A stretch of 64,000 nucleotides of DNA from Lama guanicoe (Eukaryota), in NCBI GenBank assembly GCA_013239625.1, contig MU054187.1, forward strand, positions 5,591,757 through 5,655,756, in the 5' to 3' direction. The notes below the pieces were generated by a model, which was given only the letters and a program-made list of their open reading frames with translations, was not told the origin of the DNA and searched no databases. Each line of letters begins with the position of its first letter. The stretch's first letter is position 1. Both the position numbers and the translations under genes were made by a program. Of the stretch, positions 12,931-25,128 are shown piece by piece.

Positions 12931-14452
12931 GGAGGAAATCGGCTTAGGCCACTGATGACCCGTGGAGGTATTCACCAGGCCTCACAAAACCTCACAGTAG
13001 GCCGGCCAGGAAGCCCTGCTCGAAAAAGGCTCAGTGACGAATCCAAAGTCATGTCAATCTGAGTGGTATAGCCTGCACTTGTACTTGGCCCTCTCACGTC
13101 TGTATTTTCAAATCTCTAGGCTCCTTCTTTAAAATGTCCAGACCTCTAAGCTCCTTCTTAGAATTTAATAAGCACTTATTTTTTTTTCTTGATGTGCACT
13201 AGCTGTTAAACGTTGGGGATCATTTTTTTTAAGCAAAATATTTCACATGTTGCTTCAATTTTCTGAAAATTCTGTTAGCAATAGTGTGACGTTAAATATT
13301 AGCTTCTTCATCTGGAAGGAAAGGGCTTAGACTAAATGCTCTTTTGAAGAACACTTACATCTCTAAAACGCTATGATTCTATTGTTTTATGGATATTTTC
13401 AAAGCACTTGCTGTGTGTGCGTCTTTCCCTACACTCTTTCTTGTCTGAACCAGATGGGCGTCTCAGTTCTAACTTGTGAAACCAAAATTTAGAGATGTCA
13501 CTTCTAGGACTTTTCATTATATGTAGTGAAAATTCAGTTTACATCTTATATTCATAAGTCTTTATCTCTAGGACATATCACTGAAATACATCTGTGGGAA
13601 TCCACTTCATAACCATATAATACTATAATTTTATTGTATAGTGTTAAATATGTAATTATACATTTAAAAAACAAAGAACCTGCTACGATAAGGAATTACT
13701 AATCCAAGGGTGATGTGTTCATCCTCAAAATAAGATGCAAATATTCTATAAGAGAAAAGACCTTCATTTGAAAATATTTGCACAAGATTGTACCTAAAAA
13801 TAATTGATGTTAGCTGACGTAATTTGGAACTTGCACTAGGAGATTTTTTGAAATTTTCCATTTTTTCACTTGATAATGAATTGGATAATTTCTCATTCTT
13901 TTTAAACATTGGCCTTTTGGGGTTTAGAATAAGCAAATCAAGCAAGTGTTGATGGACACGTTGGGAACGATGTAGCTGCTCTCTGGGGTCTACAAATGCC
14001 CTCTGACACTCATTTTGCTGCTGTTCAAACTGAAGCTGTCCTTGCGGGCATAGCCTGTGATTGATTATGCAATAAACATTAATATTTTTATGATGTTCAT
14101 CATCTTCATCTGCAACTAATACTAGCTTAATAATACAAAAAATGACCAGGTGCATAAGTAGCCGTGGTCCCTAAATGTATACACTCTGTTATTTATTAAA
14201 GGAGTAGGAGCAGCTTTGCCAAGATGAACGTGTGTTGATTAAGCCAAGTCTCTCTGCAAGGCTGCAGAAATGTGACTCAAGCTCTCAGCGTTAGCAAACT
14301 TCTGGAATTCTTATAGAGCAAACAAGAGGAGCCATCTTAGAGCCCAATGTGATTGGGTCAACCTACTACTCAAAGGATTCATGTGGATCTCTTCTGTTTA
14401 TCCAACTAGTGGCATAGCCATATCTTACTTTCAAATATAAATTTCATGGTAA

Positions 14453-14616
14453 GGGGGAAGGGTGTAGCTCAAGTGGTATTGCACATGTTTTGCATGCATA
14501 AGGTCCTGGGTTCAGTCTTCAGTGCCTCCACTGAAAATAAGTAAACCTAATTCCCTCCCCCCTGCCAGAAATATACAAAATAATACAATAATAAATAAAT
14601 AAACAAAATGTTTAAA
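14453..14616 (+). mobile_element. tRNA-Ala-derived camelid SINE (vic-1-like)
   Basis: ggggaagggtgtagctcaagtggta...gtcctgggttcagtc...cctcca head, aaacctaatt-C-run, A-rich tail; imperfect TSD aaatttcatggta / aaattccatagta. Confidence 0.85.
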
Positions 14617-14999
14617 AAATTCCATAGTACCATTTAGGGTGAGTCTGAGGCTGCCAAGTGTCCTTAAGAAAAGTCTGGATGCAAAATGATTTCTTACCAT
14701 GTCCCATGAGAGCCACTGTACTGCTTCACCCTCCTCCAGCCCCCAAACTCCTGCTCGGTCATCCCTTCTACTTTGAGCATCTCATCTCCAAATCCCTTTT
14801 TGTTATGTCTGACCCCATCTGGTTTGTGGTGCACCACAGTTCCATATTGGGCTCTCAGAAGTCAAATGAGAATAACAAACGTTTGCTTGTGTCTTTTCTT
14901 AAATAGGTTTTAATATCTGATTCATAGTATTTAGCTTCACTGGCTGATAAACATTTTCAGGATTTCATTTCTAAACAGGCATGATTATAAAATGCCTCC

Positions 15000-15355
15000 T
15001 GCAGTAAGCTGAATAATGCACCCCCCAAATACCCACATCCTAATCCTCAAAGTCTGTGAGTATGTAACCTTACACGGCAGAAGAGAATTTAAGATTAAAT
15101 TAAAGGTCATAAGATTGGAGATTATCCTGAATTAACCAGTGGGCCTGATGTAATCACAAAGGTCCCTGTAAGAGGGAGGCAGCAGGGTCAGCATCACAGA
15201 AGGAGATGTGACCGTGGAAGCAGAGAGAGATGAAATGATGTTACACTGTTGCATTTAAAGATGGAGAAAGGGGTCATGAACCAAGGAAGGAAGGCAGGTT
15301 CTAGAAGCTGAAGAGGCTGGGAAACAGAGTTTCCCCTAGAGCGACAAAAGGAACT
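15000..15355 (+). mobile_element. MaLR LTR (MLT1D-like), 3'-truncated
   Basis: gctgaataatg...cacatcctaatcc...ggagattatcctg...gtaatcacaaaggtcc...ctagaagctg...tttcccctagag. Confidence 0.85.
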
Positions 15356-15399
15356 GGCTTTTCAGAATATATCATCTTTGGGAAAGTCATGGAGGATTT

Positions 15400-16130
15400 G
15401 GAGCAGAGGCCATGCTAAGCTTGGGTTTATATAATGAGTTGACAAGGTCCCTTAGAGGCAGGGGAGTGCATTACAGGCACAGAACTGAGCAGTGGCACAG
15501 GGACATGGGTTTAAGAAGCTAAAAGGTTGGTACTAGCACAGTTCACATGGTGTTGAGAATCGTAAGAACTGAGGCAAGAGTCATTACAGAAGTAGTCCTG
15601 GAAGGGCTTGGTACGACCTGCCATGGAGCACAGATTTGGTCGTTTCCCCAGAGCGAGAGACTTTTTAGAAGGGAAACCAAAAGATGTATTTGAAACAAAC
15701 AGGTTACATGGCTGGCAGTGTAGCGAATAGATTTTAGGGAAGAAAAGAATTAATAAAGGAAGACCATTGCTACAGTCCAGATGAAGTGACATGGGACTGA
15801 TATCTGTCCTAGAGCCTCATCAGATCCACTCAGGGCATAAAAGGATGAGATGGAATCAGCGTAACAGATAAGAGGCAAAATTTGTATAATTAGGCTGTTG
15901 ATTCTTTAGGGACATTAAGAGGGAAGGAGGAATAGAGATGACTCCCAGAATTCCCAGCTGAACAACCACAAGGATTGGTTATTCTCAATCAGGAAAAGAA
16001 GAGGAACAGCACTTTAGGATGGGGTAATGTATTTCTGCTTTGGGCTTTTTGAAAATGCAGGGATTGTGGGACATATAATTACAGACATCCAGAACGTTGT
16101 TGGATAAATGAATCCAGAAGTCAGGAGGAG
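15400..16130 (-). mobile_element. L2 fragments
   Basis: Purine-rich antisense-L2 motifs (ggtacgacctgccatgg, ccattgctacagtccagatg, gatgactcccag). Confidence 0.6.
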
Positions 16131-16139
16131 AAATACGTT

Positions 16140-16745
16140 CTCTTACGTTCACTGAAGCATTATTTGCAATAGCTAAGATACAGAAGCAACCTAGGCATCC
16201 ATTGATAGATGAATGGATAAAGAAGATGTGGTAAATAATGGAATGTTATTCAACCACAAAAAAAGAATGAAATCCTGCCAATAGCAACAACATGGATGGA
16301 CCTAGAGAGTACTACACTAAGTCTAACCAGTCAGACAGAGAAAGGCAAACATCATGTGATTCTGCTTATCTGTGAAATATCAAAACAAAACAAATGAACA
16401 AATGTAAACTGAAAGTGACTCACAGATACTCAGAACAATCTGGTGGTTGCCAGGGGCACAGGGGTTGGGCTGCACAAAGTAGGTGAAGGGTATCAAGAGG
16501 TCCAAACTTCTAGTTATATAGTGCATAAATCACACAGATGTAATGTGCAACATAAATATTATAGTCAGTCGTATTGTAATAAGTTTGTATGGTGACAGAC
16601 GGTAACTGGACTTCTCAAGGTGATCATTTTGTAATATATGAAAAAATTAAATCCCCAGGTAGCACATCTGAAACCAATACAATATCGTAAGTCAATTATA
16701 CTTAAGTTTTTAAAATTAATTTTTAAAAAGAAAGAAAATAAATTT
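16140..16745 (+). mobile_element. L1 3' end (ORF2 end + 3'UTR + A tail)
   Basis: gcattatttgcaatagctaagata...gaatggataaagaagatgtgg...caacatggatggacct...gtcaattatactt then A-rich tail. Confidence 0.9.
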
Positions 16746-18634
16746 AAACGTTAAAAAATAAGCTGTCTCCTTCAGGTGATGTTAAATAAATTTGGTTGAT
16801 TCAAACTATTTACTGATCAGTTCACTAGGTGGAAACTTACTAAGTCTATTCATCAATTGTGGTGAGTTTTACACCTTTTACCTCGATTGATTTGGTTACA
16901 TAGAAATGGAACTGCACTTCTCTTCCTCAGAATGTCTCCTGGTCATTAGATCTTTATCCCATGGATTCTAATTTAAGCCTATAAAGTCATTTTCATATCT
17001 GGAATTTCTCCAGCTTCCCCACATCTGTCTCATCTCCTGCACTTCTTAACGTGATCTTCTACTGAAGTGAGATGTGGAGATACATGTGTATACTATAGCT
17101 AGGATTTTACATAGTTTATGAATAAATTGTATTTTTGTCTTTATCTTCCAGTGTCATCCTTGTACAAACATTCTTCCTGTGCTAAGTAATAGAGGTTTGG
17201 GTCTGTAAGCTTCGTTATGCTTAGTGGTTAGGAAGATTTGCCTTAAATAAGACCCCTCATCTTGGGCCCATCTGCAGATATATTTGTTCCTAAGGAAGAG
17301 GAAACATTTATTCTGATTATATTTGAAAGAGGATATGTTATGCTTACATGTTTCCCCTATAATTATACCTTTGATTATGTTGTCTCAAACTGACAACTTC
17401 GTGTTACGACTGGAACAACTGGGCTAATTAAGGGTAATTAAGATGAACCTTAAGACAAATAGAATCAAACAAGGTAGTGGATATCTCACTTGATTCCAAC
17501 TGGTTAAAATGTCTCTTTAATGAACCTGTAGTAAAACATTTTCTACAAATAAGGAAGCTGAACTTTACATGGCAAGGGAGATTTTCATTCATTTCTTTTG
17601 ATGTCATCTCGTGGTCACGTGGCTTAATTTCCAAGTTGCTTTGGCTAACTTTGTTGCGTTAAATAGCTGGAGCAATTATAAATTAAATAATCAGGAGACT
17701 GCCTGCACTCACAGAAAACCCAATTGCTGACTTCCATTGGGAAGGTCTAAGTTTAAGAATTAGAAGTGGAAGTTGAAAATGTAGTTCCTATGAGTCACTC
17801 TTTGAAGTTTGTAATATCTAGAATTCTATAAAAAGGCCATGTTTTTTTAAAAAAGACTAAAAAGGGTCAAATTATAGTCCTACTCATTCCTGACTCTAAA
17901 GGAGCTTCCCTTTAGAAAATTTTCAAAATATGTTTCATTACCTTGAACAATCAAGTCATTCTTAGAGCTCTAAGGAAAAGAAAAAAAAGGTCTTTGAACA
18001 TTAGATGGTAAACCTAATTACTTATTTTTTGTAACTAAATTAAGAACAAACTAAATACATTGGCTAGTTTCTGACATGAAACTATTTAGGGGCTATTATC
18101 TGAAAACTTGCTTAAGGAGATAATGTGGTGTCTTCACATTTTCCTCTAATACATCATTACAAATGTTTAATATATATCATAAAAATGATGATCCAATATG
18201 ATGCTATAAAAAGAGTCACAGACTTTTCCTCTACGAGCAGATGGTAAGGCAGTCAGTCATGGTCAATGGAAAGAAAGCACCATTGTTACTGGATGCCTCT
18301 ACATGCTCATAACATGTATCTGCCTATGTACTCCTTGACTCAGTAAAATTTATGGAGCTCTTATTCACAACTCAACCCAAGACGTGAGACAGAGATGTAA
18401 ATGGATTAACATGATGCACTAGATGCAATAACAGAAGTGTATTTAACATGATGAGAAATAATAAGAATGTTAGCTGAAGGCTTGAGCAAAGCACGGGAGA
18501 GAGGAGCACGTGGGACTTTAGCACGCCTTCCCTCTGCACTCTAGACAGAGGGTAAAGGGGTGTTAGAGTCTGGACCCGAGAGTCCAAATTTAACTTCACT
18601 TCAGGAAAACTCAAGAAGCTTTTTAAAACTTTAA

Positions 18635-19010
18635 TTGCCAGCCTTTTCTCAGGAAGTTCTGATTCAACAGATAGATCTAGGGTGAGATCCAAGAATCTAT
18701 ATTTTTTTCAGTTCCCAAGATGATACGTGAAATCCATGGGCTGCTAGTATATAAACTGGGTGGGAAGGGGAGACGGATGAGGGGGAAAATGCTGTGAAGA
18801 TGTGCTGGGCCTTGTTTGTGAAGACCTTTTCTCTAAAAGATAATCTAAAGCAGCTTTTTTTTTTCAACCTTCAATGTGCACGTACATCACCAGGGATCCT
18901 GGTAAAGGCAGAGTCTGATTCAGTGGGAGATGAGACTTGAGATTCTGCATGGCTAACAAGTTTCCCGGTTATCCTGATACTGCTGGTCTGTGGGCCATAC
19001 TTTGTTGCTC
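18635..19010. mobile_element. MER5-type (hAT-Charlie) MITE fragments
   Basis: ttctgattca...ccaagaatct (18655-18725); tcaaccttcaatgtgca...tctgattcagtggg...ttctgcatggctaacaag...gctgctggtc-like...catactttg (18850-19005). Confidence 0.7.
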
Positions 19011-19229
19011 TAGTTTGGTGAAGTGATGAGTAAAAAGGCACATAAAAAATTAAGAATTTAAGGGCAAGATGGCGGAGGGAACTCTCTTCTGATTTCCAAG
19101 CTGATGGATTGATGACATTGAGTGTTTAGAACTTTTAATATTTCAGTTCCTGGCATATCTTAGATAGTCAGGGGAAAAAATAAGTTGCTTGTATTAACTC
19201 CACAAATTAAATGCTTATTAAGAAGAGAG

Positions 19230-19460
19230 ACAATATATGCAATGGTGAAAACACAGACTCAAGCTGGGTTGCCTGAGTTCATATTTTACTAGCTATAATA
19301 GTGGAGGCCAAAATATTATTTAAACTCTTTGTGTCACATTTTCCTTATCTGTAAAATGGAGGTTAAAAAGAGTAGATCTCTCTCTGGAATATGAACAAAA
19401 TACTGAGCTAACATGGAAAGCACATACAACAGGTCCCAGCATGAGTCAAGCAATACACCA
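19230..19460 (+). mobile_element. MIR SINE
   Basis: MIR core ttccttatctgtaaaatggagg; gcctgagttca; aaagcacata. Confidence 0.75.
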
Positions 19461-20162
19461 CGATCTGCCACTTTCTTTATCATTCTTGTTTGTTTTGACA
19501 GATATCAGTATGAGGTCATATTGGAAAAGTAAAAATAGAATTTTTCCTCTTGCTGTTTTTCTCACAGCACTTCCAGTTTTCTGGTAAACCTGACTTCCAC
19601 CTTGTTCCTTTTCCTTGCAATAAAAAGAACAGCCTTTTCATTTATTCCTCATCTTTTTGTCTATACCCTTCATATTTTAAAGTATTATACCTTTACAAGC
19701 TTGTTTTTTTCCCCTCCCATTTTTCAATTACCTGGTCCTCTGTAAGCCTGTGCAACTCTACCACTGCCAGTATCAGGTTGGTCAGAACTGTCTCTATCAA
19801 GATCCATGAACATTTCCTTGGGGACAATCTAGTTTTGCACATTGTTACATACATCCTTCTCAAAAATGCTACAGCCATTTCAAAGTAGTAGAAAAGAGAA
19901 TTCTGATTATATTTACAAGTGCTTTTAAAATCCTGAACAAAGCCAAAGCCTCTGTAATCCGGCGTTCAACAGATAATCTAAGTTGGGAAGTACGCAGATT
20001 AGCAAAGAGACGGTAGATAAGTTACCCAGGTATGTCAGATGGCATTGACAAATCCCGGTAGTAGGTGAGTCAGATGACTATGAAGAGAAGTAAGGAAACC
20101 AGTTTGAGAGAAGAAAAAGGCACTTCAGACTGGGAAATTAGGAGAGAGAGGACTGACTCTCT

Positions 20163-20645
20163 TGCATCAGCTTGGCAAAGCTGGAACTATGCTTCACAGA
20201 ATCACCTTCTTCTCTAGTTTCAAGTTAGAGTTGACCAAAGGAGAAATTTGCATGAGATTAGGAAGGAGGGTATGAGTCAATAGCCACTACCCTGTGACGG
20301 TCATTAAGGTTGGGGACGGTGAGAGTCAGAGAGGCCTTAACGAGCGCTGGCTTTCCTCCACTCTGTGTCCGGCTCTTCTCGCCAACAGGCTTCAGACTCA
20401 CCGCCTGACGCAAAGGCGCGGCTCCGCCGTAGAGCTCTGCAGCGGCTCCCGCATGGCTCTCCTCCAGCAGGGATGCGCCTGAGGCCAAGAGGGCCACTGG
20501 GACTCCTCTCATGCCCCAGCTCCCTTTTCAGACGTCACTACCCCAGCTTCTTGAGCAATTGTTTGGGTCTTATTTCCAAAATGAACACCTCATCTAAAAC
20601 ACACGCAATGGTTCTGCTTCCCTGATTGACAACATCAACTGACAT
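20163..20645. mobile_element. ERVL-class solo LTR (subfamily uncertain), CpG-rich core
   Basis: tgcatcagcttggcaaagctggaacta...ttagagttgacc...gagaaatttgcatgagatt start; tggttctgcttccctgattga...actgaca end, like recalled ERVL LTR consensi. Confidence 0.6.
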
Positions 20646-21079
20646 AGATTTTAGAATTAAGCTGTAATCTCATCGGAAACGATTGAACGTTGAAGATTCG
20701 CAAGCAGGAAGTGACACTGGAAATGTGCTCGGGGAGATGAATCTAACACTGGTTTTCATTGTGGTTTCATCCTGGATTGTGAGAGTTAGCAACTGGAAGC
20801 GGGGGTAGGACCAGATGGGCTGTGATGGTAATTCGAGTAGGAGATACGTTAGATCCCCAGAATGGAGACTGAAGAAAACGCAGGATCAACTCTTCAAAGT
20901 CACTGGCCATGGTGTTCCTCTTTTCAGAGCCTCCATGGTGTAATACTGTCCAGAGCACACAGTAGAAGCAAATCAAAAGTCTACAGAATCTGACAATGAA
21001 TGATATCCATTAAAAAAATGAGTTGTGTTTTTCATATAGTAATATATATTAAAATAGGAAAACCTTCCTGATTTCCATT

Positions 21080-21210
21080 GAAATATAAGTTCCATAAGGC
21101 CATAGGGGTTGAGGATTTGCCTCCCCACCACTATATTTTCAGTGCCTGGAAAAGCGTTCGGCACATATTAAGGTCTGAATATATATTTATTAAATGAATA
21201 AATTAATGAT
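21080..21210 (+). mobile_element. L2 3' terminus
   Basis: taagttccataagg...cagtgcctgga...ggcacata...atatttattaaatgaataaa. Confidence 0.7.
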
Positions 21211-22419
21211 TGATGTCAGTGGCTATCACAAACCTTTACTTAAATAGCTAAAATAGCATGTTCATTACGTTGAATTGTTCATTTCAAAAGATAGTTTCCA
21301 AAGTCGGAGTTTACAGAGTGCAACACAACCACATAAACATCTCCAAATACTTAACCTACCAATTAAGCTTAACTTAGAATTTCAGAGGGCAGGGTCCTAT
21401 AGAAATGATTTGATGGGAAAGTGGGAAAGTTTATGTTTTTGGTCTTAATAAAAGTATATGTTTAACATACTTCTGTCACAGGAGTCTTCATTGTTGTTGC
21501 TTTTTTTTTCCAAGCAAAAATTGATATTAAAGGTTTTTTCCACCATTCAGGAAAATCATTTTGGGGCTATAAATATTAATGGGTTTAGTAATAAATTACA
21601 CACTTGAATGGCATTTTATTACTTAAAACTAAAATATTAAAAGCCTTATTTGAAATGCACAGAGAAATCATGTAATTTAAATCACCTTAGACTTGGAAAT
21701 GGACTGCAAACCACTGCTTAGAAAGAAGCATAATTCTTAAAGTATGTATTTTGGTAATGGGCCAACATATTCCACAGCCTCATCTAAAAAGAAAGTGGAT
21801 AGGTCCTCTGGTCCAGTATATTTTTCCTCAGATGAACAAACACTTTTTACTTGCTTCCTCAGGCCAATTCTTTAAAATTAACAACATAAGCACTGAAGTT
21901 AGAATTGATAAAGACCAATTTTTCTGAGTATTAAAGTAAGAATTTCTTCTCTCTGAAAATGAATTTACTAACAAGGTTATAAGCCAAGAGCATAATCTTC
22001 TCAAAAATAAATCCTACAGATTGCCCATACGAAATACATACTCAAAAGTGTTTTCAAATCATACATCTTCACTTGGAAAATTTGGAATTGGTAATTTAAG
22101 CATTGACATTATTTCTTGACTGTATGACAGATGACTTCTTCAGATTTATTCTATCTGATCATTTTAGAGATAGAAATAATAATTCTATTCAGGATTTAAT
22201 CATTATCATTATACCTTCAATCAATGTTTATCAGGATCAGAGCATAAGATACTGCCCTTGCTCTAAACAGTTTTTTCTAAAATTGCATAATTCTAATTAG
22301 TTACAAAAATACTAAATATGTGGTTTGCTTTAGATGCTTAGTGTGGTAGTAAGTTAGCCCACTTTTATGTAAGATGAGATAGGTTTTAAATTTAGCTTTT
22401 AAATCTTGCTCTGTTCACT

Positions 22420-22945
22420 AATCAGAGTTATTTTCATGTCACTTCCCCTGTAAGAACTTTCAGTGACTCCCCATTGCACACAAAATAAAACCTGGTTTCC
22501 TTTACCTGATCATTAACGATGTCTCTAATCTACCCTGTCTTCCTTTGCAGGCTAATTCTCCTTGTTCGTGAACTGTCTACTACATACCAGCCAGAATTCA
22601 GACCTTCTACTGTCCCTGAGGATGTCTGAATTCAACACAAAGTGAACTCCTAGAAGATTCTCCTTTCCCACCACTAACTCTTCCCATTCTTGAAGATTTC
22701 CCCAAGTACTGGCCCTTGGTTTTACAGACCATTCCCATCCTTCCTTTACCTGTCCACTCACTTCACAGCTTGTCCCTGTTTGCCACTGTCTATCAGAGTT
22801 TCTTGTATACCCATCCGTCTTGCCTGCTAGGCTGTGAGGCTGTGAGGCTGTGATGAAGAGGGATCTTGTCTTATTCACATTTGTATTTGTCCTATAAATA
22901 GATACGTTTCCCATGCAGAGTTATGAGTTGAATTGAATTGATGAA
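22420..22945 (+). mobile_element. L2 3' portion
   Basis: ctttcagtgactccccattgca...gagggatcttgtcttattcac...gttgaattgaattg. Confidence 0.7.
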
Positions 22946-23902
22946 CTTCATAGAATTAATCCAAACTGAATTGAAACTGGGAGCCAGGGCGGTGGTGGGG
23001 ACAGAAATATGACATCAGACCAACTCAGGCACAAATCAATTAGTAATTATATTTATGGGCCCAACAGATATCAGAGATCTCTACTAGTCACTGCCGAAAA
23101 CATAGAAAAAGGAAAACACTTCAAGAATCCTTTTAATAATGCTTTACATTAACTCCTTGGGAAGGAAGAAGAGAACTAAGTTGAACCAGGCAATTTATTT
23201 ACAGTGCCATCTAATCTTCAAAACCACCATTCAAAGGGGGTAATACATTTACCAGTGAAAAAACGGACGCCCAAATTCACACAGCAATTGAGTAGCCAAA
23301 TAAGAGTGCAAGCTCATGCCTGTCCAACCTCAGGCTTTGTGCTCTCACAACCACATCAAGTGGCTCCCCACACTTTCTAAAATTCCATTCCTATTTTTAT
23401 AACTAAAAAGACGCACCTATTAGCTGCAGAATCGATTCATATTCCCAAAGGTAACGAAGCAACATTTTTTTGTTTTCAACCTTTTTTAATGAGAATAAAC
23501 AAACAACATGTATATATTGTGTATAATGTTAGATCACTCTCTCTATATGTCACATGGTATAATAACATTTCACCTTACACACTCAATACTTTTCTAATTA
23601 TTCCCACATTCACCCACAATATAAGTTTTTATGCTATTATAATACAGTTATGTATTAACTATAATTAACTCTATAAATTTTGTATTGTTGGATATTTAGG
23701 TTGTTTTCTGCCTCTCACCATTATAATAAAGTTTTGGTGAGCTTCCTTGAGCCTAAATACATTTGTGCACCTCTGGTTGTTTAGTTGGTATTTGAATTTT
23801 GACTTTAATACAAAAAGAGAGAGGCACAGAGAAGTTAAGCTGTACTGATTTCACACTTCTGAAAAGTAATGGACTCCAGCCTTCAGTGCAAATCATCTAA
23901 TA

Positions 23903-24150
23903 CAGGATTTCTCAACCTTAAGAGCTATTAACATTTGAGACCAGGTAATTCTTTGCAATGCCGGACTTCCCCGTGCACTGTAAGGTACTTAGCAGCATAG
24001 CCTGTCTTCATCTCTAGATTCCAGTAGTAACCTCCCTCCACACGCTCATAACAATAAAAAATGTTTCCAGATATCAACAAATGTCCTGGAGGTGGCAAGG
24101 GGAGGGAGAGGATGAATCATAACACCTCTCTGCCATTGAAAGTCATTGAC
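23903..24150. mobile_element. MER20 DNA transposon
   Basis: caggatttctcaacctt...ctattaacatttg...gtgcactgtaagg...ttagcagcat...aatgtttccagata...aaatgtcctgg. Confidence 0.85.
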
Positions 24151-25029
24151 CTAATGTAATAGACTCAGCTCCATTTAGAGCCATCAACACTTATACACAC
24201 CTGACTTTGGAAGAGGAAGAAAAAACAACATATAAACATTTCTCTTTTTCAAAAACTGATAGAGGTCCATAAGGGTGTAACAGACACTTCTCCTTATCTA
24301 AGACTATCAAAATTCTCAACTTCAAGGAAATATAACAAGCATTCCTGAATACCCAAATGACATCCAAAAACGAGTACCAGTTTTGTGCCAAGAATGACAA
24401 AGCTGAGTGTATGAAAGACAGTCTTTTAATAGCCTGCGATGTAAGACACTTCTCAGTAACCCATTGAAAAATGAAGATAAAACCTTGACTAGAGACAGAT
24501 TGATACGTAAAGAAAAAGAAGGAGTAGAGGTTAATGAATTATTTCTAAATCAATATAATGTAATAAAATGCTCTCTTCTGTGAAAATGTGAAATTTGCAT
24601 TTACGCCCAGTGAAATATAGATGAACGGCGATTGTGCTTATTACACCTGTCACGGAGGGGAAAAATCAGGGCACGTTATCTGCTAGTTACATTTCTCCAA
24701 AACTGATTAACCTTAATACATTTTTTCCCTTCACTGATCTTACAGAGTTTACTGAATAAAGCATGTGTTGATTAAAATTGCCCACATCTTCATTCAGCTC
24801 ACCCCTTTCTCTAACTCATGTATCTTTGATCATTTCTTTAAATTAACTGTTTAACCAATGGGAATAGTTAGTCAAGAGATACTTAAAAACTCAAATAGTG
24901 AGTTTCCAAAATGACATTTTCAGGAAAACTACACAGAAGACATGCTCACCTATGTGTTTAAGTTAGGAATTCTTTGAGGGTAAGGTAGAATTCTTTGCAG
25001 AATTGGAGGCAAATTTTGCTGATGTTCAA

Positions 25030-25128
25030 ACAAATATATGTATGTATATATATGACTGAAACAGTATGCAGTACACCAAAAATTGACACAACATTGTAAA
25101 CTGACTATACTTAAGTAAAAAAAAAAAG
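25030..25128 (+). mobile_element. Short young L1 3' stub with poly(A)
   Basis: gtacaccaaaaattgacacaacattgtaaactgactatacttaagt followed by an A run. Confidence 0.8.

Noticed and set aside
12940..13260. Possible LTR fragment after the old L1
   Set aside because: I could not define termini, TSD or family.
13664..14155. Longest ORF in the window (163 aa, minus strand)
   Set aside because: Non-ATG start, no recognisable domain and no convincing splice context; consistent with a chance ORF.
14343..14357. Inverted CCAAT pair CCCAATgtgATTGGG
   Set aside because: A short palindrome is expected by chance in 64 kb, and there is no other promoter evidence.
14453..14530. tRNA-Ala-like sequences (also at ~37000 and ~57570)
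   Set aside because: Diverged, with SINE tails and TSDs; these are SINE heads, not tRNA genes.
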